Positions 1 through 12,500 of a DNA stretch of 64,000 nucleotides are shown here, in pieces. A program made the translations under genes and the position numbers. The stretch lies in assembly GCA_002633005.1 (NCBI GenBank), contig NMRA01000002.1, positions 2,934,228-2,998,227 of the forward strand, written 5' to 3'. Under the pieces are notes generated by a model that made no database searches, had not been told where the DNA came from, and saw nothing but the letters and a program-made list of their open reading frames with translations. This stretch comes from Phoronis australis (taxonomy: Eukaryota > Animalia > Phoronida). How positions within the stretch are numbered: the stretch's first letter is position 1; each line of letters starts with the position of its first letter.

Positions 1-485
1 TCTCCTAAACCGTTCGCAGGATCGTTACGAAATTGTGTAAGTATATTTATATGATGTTAACAACGGAAGATGACGACTTTTGGACGGATCCGACTACCGG
101 TGTGCCCCCTAGTGGCAATTTTAATTTTTTTACGCTTCCTTTGTATCTTCATAAGTCCTGAACGGATTTTCATGAAATTTAGTATGTAGGCACCTATTAG
201 TGAGATGACGCTATCCTCCCGTTTTCAGATGGATTCGACATAGTTTGCGCCACCTAGTGGCCATTTTTAGTGTTTTCGAGTCTGTTTTTGTGCGTCCACC
301 TCTCTATCAATCAAACCGCTCGAAGGATGATTGTGAAAATTGGCATGTATATGCTTACTATGTAGAGGACGGTTGACGATGATTTTCAGACGATTTGGAC
401 TACTGTGGCGCCTCCTAGTGGCATTTTTTTGCGCCTATGGCTGTATCTCCTAAACCATTCGCAGGATCTTTACGAAATTTAATAA

Positions 486-1358
486 ATATAGATTATTACA
501 TGGCGAAGTCGTTATCCCACGTTATCTAGAGCCCGAGTGGATTTTGGAGAATTATCGCCCGAGGGGCGTTAGCCCCGAGGGTGATAATTCTCCAAAATCC
601 ACGAGGGCTCTAGATAAGGGGGATAACGGCTGAGAACATGTAATAATCTATTTATACCACATATTAAACGAGAAACATTGCAATGAATCGATTTACCTTT
701 TCTGACTCTCCACGGCTTTGTAACTACTTTCTATGTCATAGGCCCGGGGTCGGAGGTCGTGACCTTTTAAGAAAAGCCCAGCTATTTTTATCAAATAATG
801 CTTTTACTCAACACCAATTGAAAACTTAAATATTATAGAAATAAATTGAATTTATAAATTAAGGTTTACCAACTATTATAGTTTAAAACACGTTTTTTTC
901 ACGCTAAGCTTCGACCGGGAAATTATCGTCTGCTAAAGTAGGTTACCACTGGTAACTGAATATAATTCTCAAGTAAAAGATCCTGACGACACAATACCCG
1001 CATTCAAACTAGAGATCGGTGATTTGCAAGTAAGAGGACATGAGAGAAAAAATTCACCGAATAAAGATATCATTTTTATGGAAATTATGTGCCTTATTTT
1101 TCGTAGCGTATAAGTACAGTACTATGCGGTTTGTTGAACGTGCGATTATTGCGCGTGCTCATTTAAGTATTCTATTTTCACACTTGATGACGTCAGTCGC
1201 TGAGTGGTGTAGTGGTTAAAGTCGGCGACCAGCAATATTAGGGACCCGGTTTCGACCCCGTCCTCGGTTTCCCGCCAAATCGTTATCTCACTAGTGAGAT
1301 AACTTTATGGGTTATTACACGGTTGTATCTGCCATTTGACGCTAATATTGTGGTATAA
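486..1358. mobile_element. Crypton-like non-autonomous element inserted into a repeat array
   Basis: ATAA direct repeats at both ends; 5' foldback (~488-652); TTATACCACATAT at ~652 is inverted relative to the terminal ATATTGTGGTATAA. The host repeat resumes exactly after it. Confidence 0.55.
1195..1268 (+). other. tRNA-derived sequence (Pol III A/B boxes) inside the Crypton-like element
   Basis: TGGTGTAGTGG A box and GGTTTCGACCCC B-box-like motif at tRNA spacing; no proper cloverleaf. Confidence 0.5.
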
Positions 1359-4000
1359 GTGTATTTATATTATGTTAACAACAGACGATGACGACTTTTG
1401 GACGGATCCGCCAACCAATGTGCCCCCTAGTGGCAATTTAATATTTTTACGTTTACCTGAGTCTATATCTTCACAAGTCCTTAACGGATTTTCATGAAAT
1501 TTGGTATGTAGGCACCTATTAGTGCGATGACGCTATCCTCCCGTTTTCGGATAGATTCGACCTATTTTGTGACACCCAGTGGCCATTTTTACTGTTTTTT
1601 GAGTCTGTTTTTTGGCGTCCACCCCTCTATCAACCAAACCGCTATAAGTATGATTCTGAAAATTGCCATGTATGTTCTTACTATGAAGAGGACGGTTGAC
1701 GCTGAATTTCCCATGACTTTGATTACTGTGGCGCCTCCTGGTGGCAGTTTTTTTTTTGCGCCCATGGCTATATCTCCCAAACCGTTTGCAGGATCTTTAC
1801 TAAATTTAGCAAGTGTATTTATGTGATGTTGACAACGGACGATGACGACTTTAGGATGATTCTGACTACCGGTATGCCTCTAGTGGCAATTTTAGTATTT
1901 TACATTGACCTCTGTATTTTCATAGGTCTTCAGGTGTATACTTTGTGTTACTTCGTGACTATGAAGGAAAAGTTCCAAGTAGAAATTTGTTTCTGGCATT
2001 CTAATGCTGTGCTAATCTCGTATGTTGGTAAATTTGTTTTTAATTCTATGTTTCTGTGGTGCTTTAAGCAACTGATGTATAGGATGTGCTTGTATTATGA
2101 AGATCACTCACATTTTGCCCCTAGCCTATTGAGGAGACAATGACCATGCCTTTCCATTTTGCAAAGTACAACATACTACATATATGCCCTCTACTGGCCA
2201 CTTTATGGTACCAATAAACAACCCTAGAAGGATACCGTATGCGGTGCAATTGTGGGCGCATTTCAACGCTCTGCGTTGCTCTTGTTGAAAAAAGGTCTGG
2301 CGTATCCTTAAACAATTTTCGAAAACAATTGTTTGGAACGTATGACAAAACTTCTTGTAACAGTATCATGGATCCAATTGCAGTTAGCATAGCGTTTGTT
2401 AAACAAACCAGTGTCACTTCATTAATTTTCAGGCTGGTGGTTTAACTATTTTCTACACAGAGCCCCCAAAATTGTTGAACACCATAAATTAAATAATTCA
2501 AAAAGCGTAAAATGTGACTATTCTTTAGTCTGCTAAAAACGACTTTCACAAACAATCAGTCGAATCAACCCCGCAATGTTCACCTAAATCTACACCAAAA
2601 AAATGGCGCACATCTCAGCTACACGTCCCACTATCTCCATTACATGGGCTGCCCCACGCCCCGGTACAGACATCACTTCCCACTTGAATGAAGAAGAAAT
2701 TGTGATAAAATTTTCAACAGTTAAGAAGTTGAGACCAATTTTCGAGGTGATAATGTGGTCTAAATCAAAAGCCCTGACTGTAAGTATGTTTAAAGCTTTA
2801 AATCATACAATAAAACTACACTTTTCTGACAATGAAACAGAAAAAAAATGTTAAAAGAGGCCTATGGTATATATGTTGCATAATTGGTTTGTCATAACTC
2901 TTATCATTTGCGTAGATATTGGAGGCAAATGAAACGACGCAAGAATTGTGTTATGAGTATTTGTTTTATGGTGGTGTGTTGGCAATTTCCGTGTCACAAC
3001 TCTAGCAATTAAGCGTAAGTGGTGGCACTTACCAGATGTGTACGTGATACCACAAAACATGGCGGAAGCATTGGAGACGGTGTGAAACATGCTCTGCTCT
3101 TGGAACTTCTACTTTCTTCATCAGAGTAATTGCTTTTTCAAAGCAACCTCATCGTATACCTACATGTTGCCTTGACGGTTGAACGAACTGAACTGCCGTG
3201 ACAAGCAACATGGAGAGCCGGATCAGTCGAAATAACGGTATGTCGGTTTCTCTCGGTACGCATACGTCAGAGTGGCACATATTTGTTTCTGGTTACAATA
3301 GTATCAAGTAGGTACCAACCTACCAGATGGATGGCTATATTTTGTGCCCGATTGCCTACAAGGTGGGCTCGAGTAAAACGGCAAATGGGATTTAAACTAC
3401 CAAATAGGTACACGAAACCACCAGAAGACCTCTTACGGCCCACAAAAAACCATGTCAGGTAGCCTACTTATTAGCCTACGTTCACAACATACGTGCACAC
3501 ACAGATACACTAACAGGCACACATGCGCACAAACACATATAGTATTTTGTCTGTCTTTATGTGCTAGAAAATACTATGTGAAGCGGCAAAGAAACAAAGC
3601 AAAAACCTCTATTAAAATTTTGATTTTGGAAAATTCAAAAGCAATTGCCACAAACGTTCGAATTCATCGACAGTCGCCGCGAAATAAGTTGACAGAAAAA
3701 GACAGGGAACAAGTTGACGCGGCGCAATTATGTTTGTAAACAGTAGTTACATGAAACGAACGTCAGTTCTGTCACCCGTGATGAATTTCGCTGTCATGAT
3801 GTCAAAAATTATCATGCCTGTTATTTCCTTATTTTTTAAAAAATTAAATAACCGATCAACGCCCAGCACACGAAGACATTCCTCCAATGAGAAGCTGGAA
3901 TTTTGGGAGTGATAGCAGCAGAATGCCTGTTTAATCAACTAATTGACCAGTCTACCAACACTTCCACTTTTGACAGTGAGAGACTGAAGTTTGACAGAGA

Positions 4001-7000
4001 ATGGTGCGCCTTTTGGTAAGTATAATCCAAGGCACCTCGACTCAGCTTTTACTATGTATAGATGCCCGCCCGCATTCTAAATTCCTCTCTCGCTCACGAG
4101 CATACTCCCAAGGACCACTTTTCCCTCTCAGACATATTTCCTGATTTGCGGACGGACCAACTTGGCAGCTAGAGCACAAATGACTAAACGTGTAACAAAG
4201 CTAGTGGACGATTTGCCAACACCCAGCTCAAACCTGTTTGAGGTTGGGTTAACCGACTAGAGAACGATGACTGTAAAATTTGGTAATTTAAAGGCGAAGG
4301 CAACCTTTTTTCATGTCATTTTTAGCAAAAATAGGTTTCGCTGATTATCCCATACATATTTTTCACTTATTTACAGCTTTTCGTAATTTAATTAATTACT
4401 CGTCGTCTACTCTGCAAGTGACGTTTTGGGAGGCAAGAATTTCGCGCCAATTTCTTTTCATACATGCAGTCTGACTGCGAGAGCAGTCGAGTCAGTCATT
4501 GTTCTACCCCGGTTGTGAGAAGTTCGGTCGTCGTTTGCTTTTGTTTACGAGTCAGTCAACATGCCACGCTGTTGCTGCCTACCGAGATGTACTCATTATC
4601 GTCTCACGTACAGAGAAAGAACTGCCCCGCGACACACTCCCGATGGTGACTTGAGCAGCGAAACTGCTTACATCCCGCCGTCGTGCGACTCCCTCGTCAC
4701 ACACGTGGCACCTTCTAAATAGCTCCAATACAAGTCCACAATAAACTTATCAAACTTAGGTTCACCGATCTGTTTAATGGATGACGAACTGTCTTTTCAC
4801 TGGGTGTCAAACTGGGCCTGTATTCACTCCCACTACTCAACATCGCTGCAGGGCTGCTTACAGGTTCTGGGCTAGAGACAACAGCTGACACGGGGAATCA
4901 CTGCTAGTTCCTGGAATTACACGCTATGGGGTACGTTCGGAGGCATGGGTGACAGTAGATGAATGCCTCCAGTCACTGTTTATAGTGGCTACAGCTCGCG
5001 AGGCTTCTCGCTTCAAAAACGCACTTCTCGGGGGTGGCGACGGGGCACTGTCGGGAATCAACAGCGACGGTATGTAACCCTTCTTCAGGCTTGTTTCGCA
5101 GGGACCTTCATCAATTCAGCGTACATATCTCTGTCGTAATCTGACGGCTGAAAATGCTTGCCACTGCTTTGTACGTAGTGTAAACGGGTAGCGCTGCGTT
5201 CTTCACACAAACGAGCTAGCCAAGTACGGCGAGGTGTGTCATCCTTCGGAAAGCGACGCAAGGCACCCAAAGCGCGTGTGAGACGATAATGAGTAAATCC
5301 TGGTACGCAGCAACAGCGTGGCATGTTGACTGACTCGTAAACAAAAGCAAACGACGACCGAACTTATCACATCCGAGGTAGAACAATGACTGACTTGACA
5401 GCTCTCACAGTCTGTATGAAAAGAAATTTGCGCGAAATTCTTGCCTCCCAAAACGTCACTTCCGGAGTAGAGGACCAGAAATTAATTAAATTACGAAAAG
5501 CTGTAATTAAGCGAAAAATATGTCTGGGATAATCAACAGACCTTATTTTTGCTAAAAGTGACATGAAAAAAGGTTGCCTTCGCCTTTAAGCGAAGCTCGC
5601 CTAGACCAGAGACAGTAGAGTCAGTAACGTCTTTGGCTAGACGGTCTTTGATTCTGTGATTAGAGCCGCCCCTGAATTTCTAGTTGTCTGCTCGACTGCG
5701 TACTGATCGAGTTTTGTAGTTACCAAATCGAACCCTAATTTTGTAATTTTTGTACACGAAGCGAGACTCTTGGGACACGCTTCCAGACAACCAGCGATTT
5801 CCCGGCCAAATTAGTCAACATACCCGACAATTTCATTGGTCGCCGCAGTAGCATTCCTATGTGTGGGATTATGCAAACGCAGATTCCTCCCATTACATCG
5901 GCAATTGTTCTTGATGACTCCTTTAACTTGACGTGTTTATTACTTCTCTTTACACAGGTTTTGTGTATCGTGTTTTGCTGCTGGTCTGCCGCTAAATCCA
6001 TGGGAAAGCCGCAAACTTGTGCCGATGGTTGGATTCCATATGATCGGTCTTGCTACAAAGTGATCAGCGCTTCAGTTGACTGGTGGGCGGCTAGGGCAAG
6101 ATGTTATGAGGAAAACGCCCATCTTGTCGACATCACTTCTAAAGAAGAGCAACTGTTTTTACAAATGCGTGTTGTCAACAAAAAATCATTTGGGGTTAGG
6201 CGATTTTGGATCGGCGCGTATGACCTACATCATGAAGGCCACTTTACTTGGGAATACGATGGAAAAGCAATTACCTACTCTAACTTCTTCAAAGGTAGGT
6301 ATTTATTAGCATGTGCGCACCCAGCCTTCAATATGGGGGGGGGGGCTCGAATTCCCGACGTTGTCGACCTTTTGCAAACAAAAGAGCGGGCAGACTAAAA
6401 AAAAAAGCCCGACCACCACTATCCCATTTTCTCGGACTTTTTGTCTCTCGGAAGCGGACCTTTTTGGCCACTTCGCCAAATGCCCCCCCCCCCTGTGTAC
6501 GCGCATGATTAGCAAGCTATTCTGACCAGGGTCTAAACGGTAGATACGCACTTAAAGGGACTTAATCGGTTGTACATCTGAAAACGTGTTTTTGGTTATT
6601 TTAGGATGCAAAAGACTTTTTAGAGTTATTACCATTGACCAGAGCTATAAAACTACTAAATCTTATCTTTTAAGATTTATTCCAATGATGGATTAGCATG
6701 AGGTGACAGGACGAGGATTGGTTGAACTCATCGAAACAGGGTTTAGTATCATTTAGCATTTCAAATTCACCTCTTGAAATCAATTAATGCACTCAAAATG
6801 GGCCACCCGAATTCCCCGTTGGACCACTTACTACAAAACTGGTCTCAATTTGTTCTTTGCTTATTAAATGTACACAATATCCCCTGGGTTAAGAAGAAAT
6901 TGACAGGTTGCTCGTGTCTGGTACCAAGCTCAAATATGGAGTTACTGGTCAAAATGGAATGTACTTTTAACATTCATATTCATGTCTTATTTCTTTGAAG

Positions 7001-7122
7001 GTGAGCCAAACAACGCTGGGGAAGAAGACTGCTTGGAAATGGCATGTCGTATTGGAACCCCTTGTGGCTGGAACGACCGCTCTTGTTACTTGAATAAAAA
7101 CAATTTCATTTGTGAAAAATAA
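4001..7122 (+). CDS. C-type lectin copy 1 (secreted, long-form CTLD, perlucin/MBL-like), 157 aa; exons 4001-4015, 5958-6294, 7001-7122
   Basis: ATG GTG CGC CTT TTG|gtaag, tacacag|GTT...AAAG|gtagg and ttgaag|GT GAG CCA AAC...TAA join in phase. Product MVRLLVLCIVFCCWSAAKS-...CADGW...SCY...WIG...EPNN...EDC...WND...FICEK has a signal peptide plus CTLD hallmarks. Confidence 0.9.
4292..5585. mobile_element. Kolobok-like non-autonomous DNA transposon, ~300-bp TIRs, TTAA TSD, in lectin-1 intron 1
   Basis: TTAA|AGGCGAAGGCAACC...GGTTGCCTTCGCCT|TTAA. The empty site atttaagcgaagc is present in copy 2 (~12941). Confidence 0.85.
5040..5324 (-). pseudogene. Degenerate THAP-domain ORF within the Kolobok-like element
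   Basis: MPRCCCVPG...RFPKD...RRTW...KHFQPSDY, then an out-of-frame LIPDSAPS (AVP-like motif). Some zinc-ligand cysteines are lost and there is a premature stop. Confidence 0.7.
6310..6507. mobile_element. MITE with 5-bp TSD (ATTAG), CATG(T/C)GCG TIRs
   Basis: Empty site attagcaag in copy 2; poly-G/poly-C subterminal tracts. Confidence 0.85.
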
Positions 7123-7394
7123 ACATGCCGCTGCCTCTGATAAACGTAATAGCGGATGGAAAATTTCAAGACCAAATATTCCTCAGCTCTGTTTATAAGA
7201 ACAGCAGTTAACGCTGTCACAGTTTCTTGCTTTTTAAACTTGTTTGACAAAATGTACTTTTGATTTATGATCCAACAAATGCTTATTCCTAGCCCAATCT
7301 GATCACAACAATCGGAGTACTTGTTTACTACAGCAATCAAACCGCCATTGAATATTGAAATAAAAGGGCATTTCGGTACTCCCTTATTATGATC

Positions 7395-8195
7395 ACAACA
7401 GGGGGGACGTTGACATGCGCTCACAATATGTTTCTAAGGGCCTCCAGGAGGTGCTGCAGTAGTCGAATCGGAACGAAATTCAAATGCTGCTGGCGCATTG
7501 CCATCATACACCACTGAGTCAAGTTTCATTGAAATCTGCCAATCAATGCTCTAAACAACACTTGGAAAGCCCCTTTGGAAACAAAATGGTGCCGGCACAT
7601 GGTCATCATATATATAAAGTTTCATTGAAATCCATCAGTACATACCATCTGGGACCACTCTTTCCCCATATGACTTGAAAAGCTCCTTGTCACAATGCTG
7701 CAGTGGACAAATCCACCCCGAAAACGAAGGATTCGGTGCATTTACACCACACATTTTGTAAGTCTGTGTTAAGCTTCGTTGACACTACAGTCCGGAATTG
7801 CTCCTTCCTCAAACACCACATGGCCACTCGGAGGTAGTGCAGCAGTCGAAACGACGTCAACAAATTAACGGTGATGGTGCATTGACATCACAGGCCTCTG
7901 TGCCAAGTTTCATAAAAATCCATCTATAGGGTCAAAAGATTTCACCCGGAAATAGCCACTAGGAGGTGCTACAGTGGTCGAATCAAGTGAAAATCAAATG
8001 CTGCCGGCACAAGGCATAGACATCGTATGACTCTGTGTCAAGTTTTATGGAAAAATGGGTATTATGGAAATCCATCAGTTGGTTCTCTAGATATACAGAA
8101 ATGATCTTCCCCCAAACAACACTTCAAAAGCCCCCTTGACGAGAACAAAATGGCCATTAAGAGGTGTTGCAATCGTCAAATCTGATCCCCGCGCT
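7395..8195. repeat. HINE-like tandem array downstream of lectin 1 (truncated)
   Basis: ~100-130-bp units CCACTAGGAGGTGCTGCAG...AAGTTTCATTGAAATCC. Confidence 0.7.
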
Positions 8196-8681
8196 TTGAC
8201 TATTCTTTAGTCTGCTAAAAACGACTTTCATAAACAATCAGTCGAATCGACCTCGCAATGTTCACCTAAATCTACACCAAAAAAATGGCGCACATCTCAG
8301 CTACACGTCCCACTATCTCCATTACATGGACTGACCCACGCCCCGGTACAGACGTCACTTCCCACTTGAATGATGAAGAAATTGTGATAAAATTTTCAAC
8401 AGTTAAGAAGTTGAGACCAATTTTCGAGGTGATAATGTGGTCTAAATCAAAAGCCCTGACTGTAAGTATGTTTAAAGCTTTAAATCATACAATAAAATCG
8501 AAATAACGGCATGTCGGTTCCTCTCAAGTTTAGAAATTGTTACGAATCTGACTAAAAAACAAGATGAGATCAGTTTTACAGCAGTAATTGGTTTATTATT
8601 CTTTGATCGGTACGCATGTGTCAGAGTGGCATATGTTTGTTTCTGGTTACAACAGTATCAAGTAGGCCTAGGTACCAATCT

Positions 8682-8826
8682 CAGTGGAGGATTTAGAGGG
8701 GGGCCATGGCCCCCACCCCCTAAAATTCTCCAAGATTCCATTGGGCAGTTCGGGAATGCCAATGTTTGACAGGCTAATACTCTGCCCTGCCCCCCCCCCT
8801 ACCTCAAAATCCTGGATCCGCCCATG
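8682..8826. mobile_element. MITE with 5-bp TSD (AATCT)
   Basis: CAGTGGAGGATTTAG...CTGGATCCGCCCATG; empty site in copy 3 (~19792). Confidence 0.85.
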
Positions 8827-9500
8827 AATCTACCATATGGATGGATATATTGTGTGCTCGAATGCCTACCAGGTGGGATCGAGCAAAACAGCAAATGGGA
8901 TTTAAATTACCAGATAGGTACACGAAACCACCAGTAGGCCCACGAAATCCATGCCAGGTAGCCTACCTATAGCCTACATTCACAAAATACGTACACACTC
9001 GGATACGCTCACAGGCACACATGCACACAAGCACATATAGTATTTTCTCTGTCTTTATGTGCTAGAAATTACCATGTGAAGCGGCAAAGAAACAAAGTAA
9101 AAATCTCTATTAAAATTTTGATTTTGGAAAATACAAAAGCAAATGCCATGCCTCAAACGTTCGAGTTCATCTACAGTCGCAAATAACTTGACAGAAATAG
9201 CTGACGGAACAAGTTGATGCGGCGCCATTATGTGTGTAAACATAAGTTACATGGAACGAACGTCACTTTTGTCATCCATAATGAATTTGGCTGTCATGAT
9301 GTCAAAAATTATCGTGCCTGTTATTTCCTTATTTTTAAAAAAGTCAACTAACCAATCAACGTCCAGCACACGAAGACATTCCTCCAATGAGAACATGGTA
9401 TTTTGACCGTGATAGCAGCAGAATGCCTATTTAATCAACAAATTGACCAATCTACCAACACTTACATTTTTGACAGCGAGAGACTGAAGTTTGACTGAGA

Positions 9501-12500
9501 ATGGTGCGCCTTTTGGTAAGTATAATCCAAGGCAACTAGCCTTACTCTTTACTTTGTAATGGTGCTCGCCCGCACACTAAATTCTTCTCTCGCGCACGCT
9601 ATTCGCCTCTAGCGAACGCTTACTCCCCATCAAGGAGCACTTTCCCCTCGCACAGACATATTTCCTGACTCGGTGCCGTAGGAGGCTGGAGGGGGGGGGG
9701 GGGNGAGTCACGGGTCCCCCAAAAAATTTTCAGGCGTCAGGGTTAAGCCGTGGCAAGCGACATACGCGTTTGGGGGGACTGCTAAATTCAGATAAGAGAG
9801 AAAACTCAACAGAACATTTAACAACTCTGTGATCAGTGCATGGTTTACCTTTTGATGGCCTTGCCCAGGACATTGTTGTTGGAGTCTCCGCTTTCGCAGC
9901 ACAGATTGTCTAAATGCACTTGGAAACGTGCATGTAATGATTCGTGTATGGATTTGGAAAAAATGACAGAATTTGTAAAACGAAGCTTTTGCGGAGCGTA
10001 TTAATTTACTGGATTTTTTAATTCAGTAAGTCAATTTTTCGACTTCAAAACCATATTTTCCTAGAGGCCCCTCTCTGTCAAGAGATAACGGAGACAACTG
10101 TCGCTTTTTTCTCGAATTGTATATCACTTGAAAATATTGACAACCTGACAGATATCATCAATTGCTGCACATTTCTTGATTTTTGAAAATATAGATATTT
10201 TCACATAGAGGGGCCTCACCTCTGAAGGAGGCCATTGATGACATTCAAGTGGCGACAGTTTTTATGTTTCTTTTGACAAATTCTTAAGGGTACGTTCACG
10301 GAGAGAGGACCCAATGTTGGACTCAATTACGTCTATTTTCCTGTTTTTTGTGAACTCGTGCAACCAAGTTTCATGTTGAAGAAGGTCACTTCCTGCACCG
10401 TCGTCTGACCACACGACGATGGAATGAACTGTCACTCTTTTCCAAGCTTAATGGTGTTTAGGTTTTCATAAGGTGTCCCATTTCAGACGGGACCCTCTCT
10501 CGGGGGAGTAGTTCGGAGAAATGTCCCTTTGTCCATCTATACATATAAATCCGACACTGCCAAGTATTCAAGTGGGAAGATGTGATTCGAAATTCAGCAC
10601 AAAACAAAACACTCGTGCACAGCACAGCAGTATCAAGACATTCGACTCAAACAACCAAAAATATGAAAAAATACTAGAAGATTGACCGTCTTTGAAAGAA
10701 AGTCAGAAATTTTAAAGAATTTGAAGACCGCTGTTTGTTAATTACACTAAAGGACTATTTCCGATGGTTAGTTATAAAATAATGTTACTGTTTCCTATAT
10801 TATCACAAGAATAGTATCTCTTTGAAGATGGTTACTATGAGTTGTTTGTAAGGAATTCCCACATGTGAAAAACACTGCTGTCGAGGCTACCATTCGGGTG
10901 ACCGTGTAGGCCTAAATGTCGAATGAGTGTACCCAAATACTCGCAATAATAAACAAATTAAACAAATATTTCAGCGTTTGTTTTTGAGGTCAAGTTAAAC
11001 TCGTGAACCGTTGCTTTCTGATTTACATGTTTATGTATCTACGAGAACCGACAGGTTAATAAGTAATTTTTGGCAATTAGAAGCTAATCTTTTAAGAAAT
11101 GACGATTCAGGGAATTTAGCTGAAGCCTGAATATAGAAAAGCTATAATCCGATCCCCAAATAGTGAAGTGCACTTTCACGCTTTTTGCCAATCTAAAATA
11201 ACTCTCAAAAACATCGATGAAATTTGAACACTTCCCAAAAAATTTACCCACAATTCAAATGAAAATAAATGCATTGCTTTTTGACTTCGGTACAAGATTG
11301 GTTGTTTAAAGTCACTTACAGGGAATCAAAAAGGAATTAAGTCATTAAATCATGGATTTGATTATTGCTTTCTGATTTACATGTGTATACATCTACGAAA
11401 GTGGACTGATTGAGAGATGATTGTTTTGACAATTAGAAGTTAATCTTGTAAGAAATGACAATACTTCAATGAACTTAATTGCATGCTTACATTGGAAAAT
11501 TCAACCTATCATCAGGTCCCCAAATATAAAAGTACACTAAACGATTTTTGTCTATCTAAAATAAGTCTCAAGGAAATTGATGAATTTCGGACAGCTCAAC
11601 AATGTGTGCTAAATTGTCCTCACAATTCAAATGACAATAAATCGTTTATTGGCTTAGGAACTAGATTACTGGGTTCAAGTTTACAAGCTGTAGATCGAAA
11701 ACGAAGTTTAGTACTTAAAAAAATAAAATCAAACTTATTTGTCATCAACTCGGAAAGGTTGACTGTCTTTAAACTTCCTCGATGTTTTTGGTTTCCAGTA
11801 GTATTGCGCAATGAATTTTTGTTCTTCAAAACTGAATCGTTTGCTTGCATTTCCCGTGCATACTACACACACGGCATGCGCGCACCCAGCCTAAAATATA
11901 GGGGAGCTGCAGTTTTTGAGGATGTGGACCTTTTACAAAAGAAAAAAAATGGGTACGGGCTATGAATTGTGCATATGCCGAATCCTGCCTTTTTAATGGA
12001 CTTTTTTTCTCGTTTCTCTCGGACTTATTGTTTCTCTGAGGCGGTATTTGCCCAGTTTGGCATCGAGCCCCCCGATCCCCCCTCCCCCCTCGCGCATGCA
12101 CGGAGCACGTCATGACAAGCCCACCCATGTTAAAAGTAAGGTGTAATCATGCAGTAGGCCTGCTTAGAATCTCAGTTACCTACGGGAACTGAATTTGAAC
12201 TCCAGACGTTGAAGTGTGTACATTTTTGGGACACACTTTATCATTTCCCCAGCAACCAAAAACTGAACTACCGACTGTGTTTCATCACGGGATTCTGAAA
12301 AGGCCACAAAGACACTCATACCAGGCATCTCGGTACCTCACCTATCTAAAAATTACTACAAAGAATGACCATAATAAAATGAAGTTTTCCCGAAACTGAA
12401 TCATAAGAAAGGGTACCTTGACCTTAGACCCAGCTGTGGTTACTTCAGGCAGCTCCCGTCGGTGCGCTGGGGTCCAGACCCATTCGTAGTCTCCGTGAAT

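Larger units (their letters stand above)
1..1930. repeat. Diverged tandem array (HINE/Helentron-like internal repeats), interrupted by the 486-1358 insertion
   Basis: 1-480 is similar to 1359-1930. Recurrent ~150-bp subunits carry GAAATTTGGYATG and GCGCCNCCTAGTGG motifs. Confidence 0.7.

Noticed and set aside
2603-2854. Repeated ORF MAHISATRP... (also 8285, 19064)
   Set aside because: Similarity reflects the segmental duplication; lengths and frames differ between copies.
11483-11965. 160-aa ORF inside the 3.1-kb element as a transposase
   Set aside because: No catalytic or zinc-finger motif; it runs through an internal duplication and into a nested MITE.
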